Source: Mobula hypostoma (lineage: Eukaryota). From it: DNA of 64,000 nt. Shown here piece by piece: positions 62,805-64,000 of the stretch. The notes under the pieces are model-generated. The model was given only the letters and a program-made list of their open reading frames with translations. It was not told the origin of the DNA and did no database searches. The DNA lies in contig NC_086107.1 in NCBI RefSeq assembly GCF_963921235.1, positions 99,078,001 to 99,142,000 of the forward strand. The letters run 5' to 3'. The first letter of the stretch is position 1; each line of letters begins with the position of its first letter. Both the position numbers and the translations under genes were made by a program.

Positions 62805-63480
62805 TTAGATTAGATTAGATTATGAGGACACTCAGTCCTCGTTTATTGTCATTTAGAAATGCTTGCATTAAAAAATGATACAACATTCCTCCAGAATGAT
62901 ATCACAAGAAAACACAGGACAAACCAAGACTAAAACTGACAAAACCACATAATTATAATATATTGTTACAACAGTGCAAAGCAATACCGTAATTTGATAA
63001 AGAGCAGACCATGGGCACGGTAAAAAAAGTCTCAAAGTCCCGATAGCCTCATCATCTCACACAGGCGGCAGAAGGGAGAAACTCTCCCTGCCATGAACCT
63101 CCAAGCGCCGCCAACCTGCCAGTGCAGCACCATTGGAAGCACCCGACCGCAGCGGACTCTGAGTCCGTCCGAAAAGTTTGAGCCTCCAACCAGCCCCTCC
63201 GACACAGCCTCTCCGAGCACCATCCTCTGCCGAACGCTTCGACCTGCCCTGGCCACTGAGCAACAAGCAAAGCCGAGGACTCGGGGCCTTCTCCTCCGGA
63301 GATTCTGGATCATACAGTAGCAGCAGCAGCAAAGCAGGCATTTCAGAAGTTTCACCAGATGTTCCTCCGTGCTCTCACGTCCGTCTCCATCAAATCAGAA
63401 TTGTGCACGGTCCCCTACTTGACAAATACCAGACTTCACCACCGGAGTGGCCGCTGCGAACTGCGTCGTCCCACCATCTT
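62805..63480 (-). mobile_element. Non-autonomous retroelement with (TCTAA)n tail
   Basis: TTAGA repeats at about 62805-62822 and a GC-rich 5' part; no recognisable ORF. Confidence 0.5.
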
Positions 63481-64000
63481 CTCCTCCTGCCTTTTGGATG
63501 ACACTGGGCTGATGTTCGTCTTTATGGCCCCTTCCAGGCACAGGGCTGCGTCCAGACTGAAATCTGGAGACCCAAGGGACTGGGACCGGATGAAGGGGCT
63601 CGGCCCGGAACGGCCACTCTCTGCTTCCCTCCATGGATTCTGCCTGGCCTCCAGCATTCTTGTGTGCTGCTCCAGGTCAAAGTCTGAGCAACAGCGGCTT
63701 CGTTTGGAAAGTCCGAATCTCACCAGGCAGAGTCTGCACGGCTTCCTGAAGGGAAAATCTGGTCTCTTTTTGAGGGAACGAAAACCGAGGGGGAAACAAA
63801 AGGAACTCAGCCGTTCAAGCTGCATCTGTGAGTGGGTGGGAGGGGGATATGGGGAGGACGTGTCCCGTCACAGATGACACCTGCCCCACTAAATCCCTCT
63901 AGCAGATTATGTTTTGTTCCAGAGCCGAGCATCTTGTGCCTCAACTAAACTGAACCACTAATTGGACTTGACAAAGGTCTTTGTCTCAGTGCCTCACAAA

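Noticed and set aside
45100..64000. Exons of MCM5, the upstream neighbour of RASD2 in mammals
   Set aside because: No recognisable MCM5 peptide in the ORF track or by reading; short exons could have been missed.

Overview
Repeat-rich vertebrate genomic DNA. The repeat repertoire (CR1, Rex/Babar, Penelope-derived hairpins, RTE-related SINEs) suggests a cartilaginous fish, probably a ray; this is inference. The only recognisable host gene is RASD2 (Rhes) on the minus strand. Its first coding exon is at 8546-8819, a probable CpG-rich promoter and non-coding exon 1 lie at about 42788-43090, and the last coding exon lies off the left edge. The rest is mostly transposon-derived: two near-identical inverted young CR1 copies (one with an uninterrupted RT ORF), a decayed Gypsy LTR element sitting inside a 26-28 bp minisatellite, solo LTRs, L1, HERO, Penelope, RTE, Tc1 and hAT remnants, a tRNA-Gln pseudogene, and large microsatellites. 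The most notable observations are: a 15:1 GC-skewed divergence between the two LTR copies of the Gypsy element; a minisatellite built from V(D)J RSS-heptamer and signal-joint-like motifs; minimal hammerhead ribozyme motifs in the Penelope-derived repeats; and head-to-head CA/TG tracts next to the putative RASD2 TATA box. Most long ORFs in the track are artefacts of simple repeats. TE family names come from motif recognition, not database searches, and TE boundaries are approximate unless a TSD is quoted.
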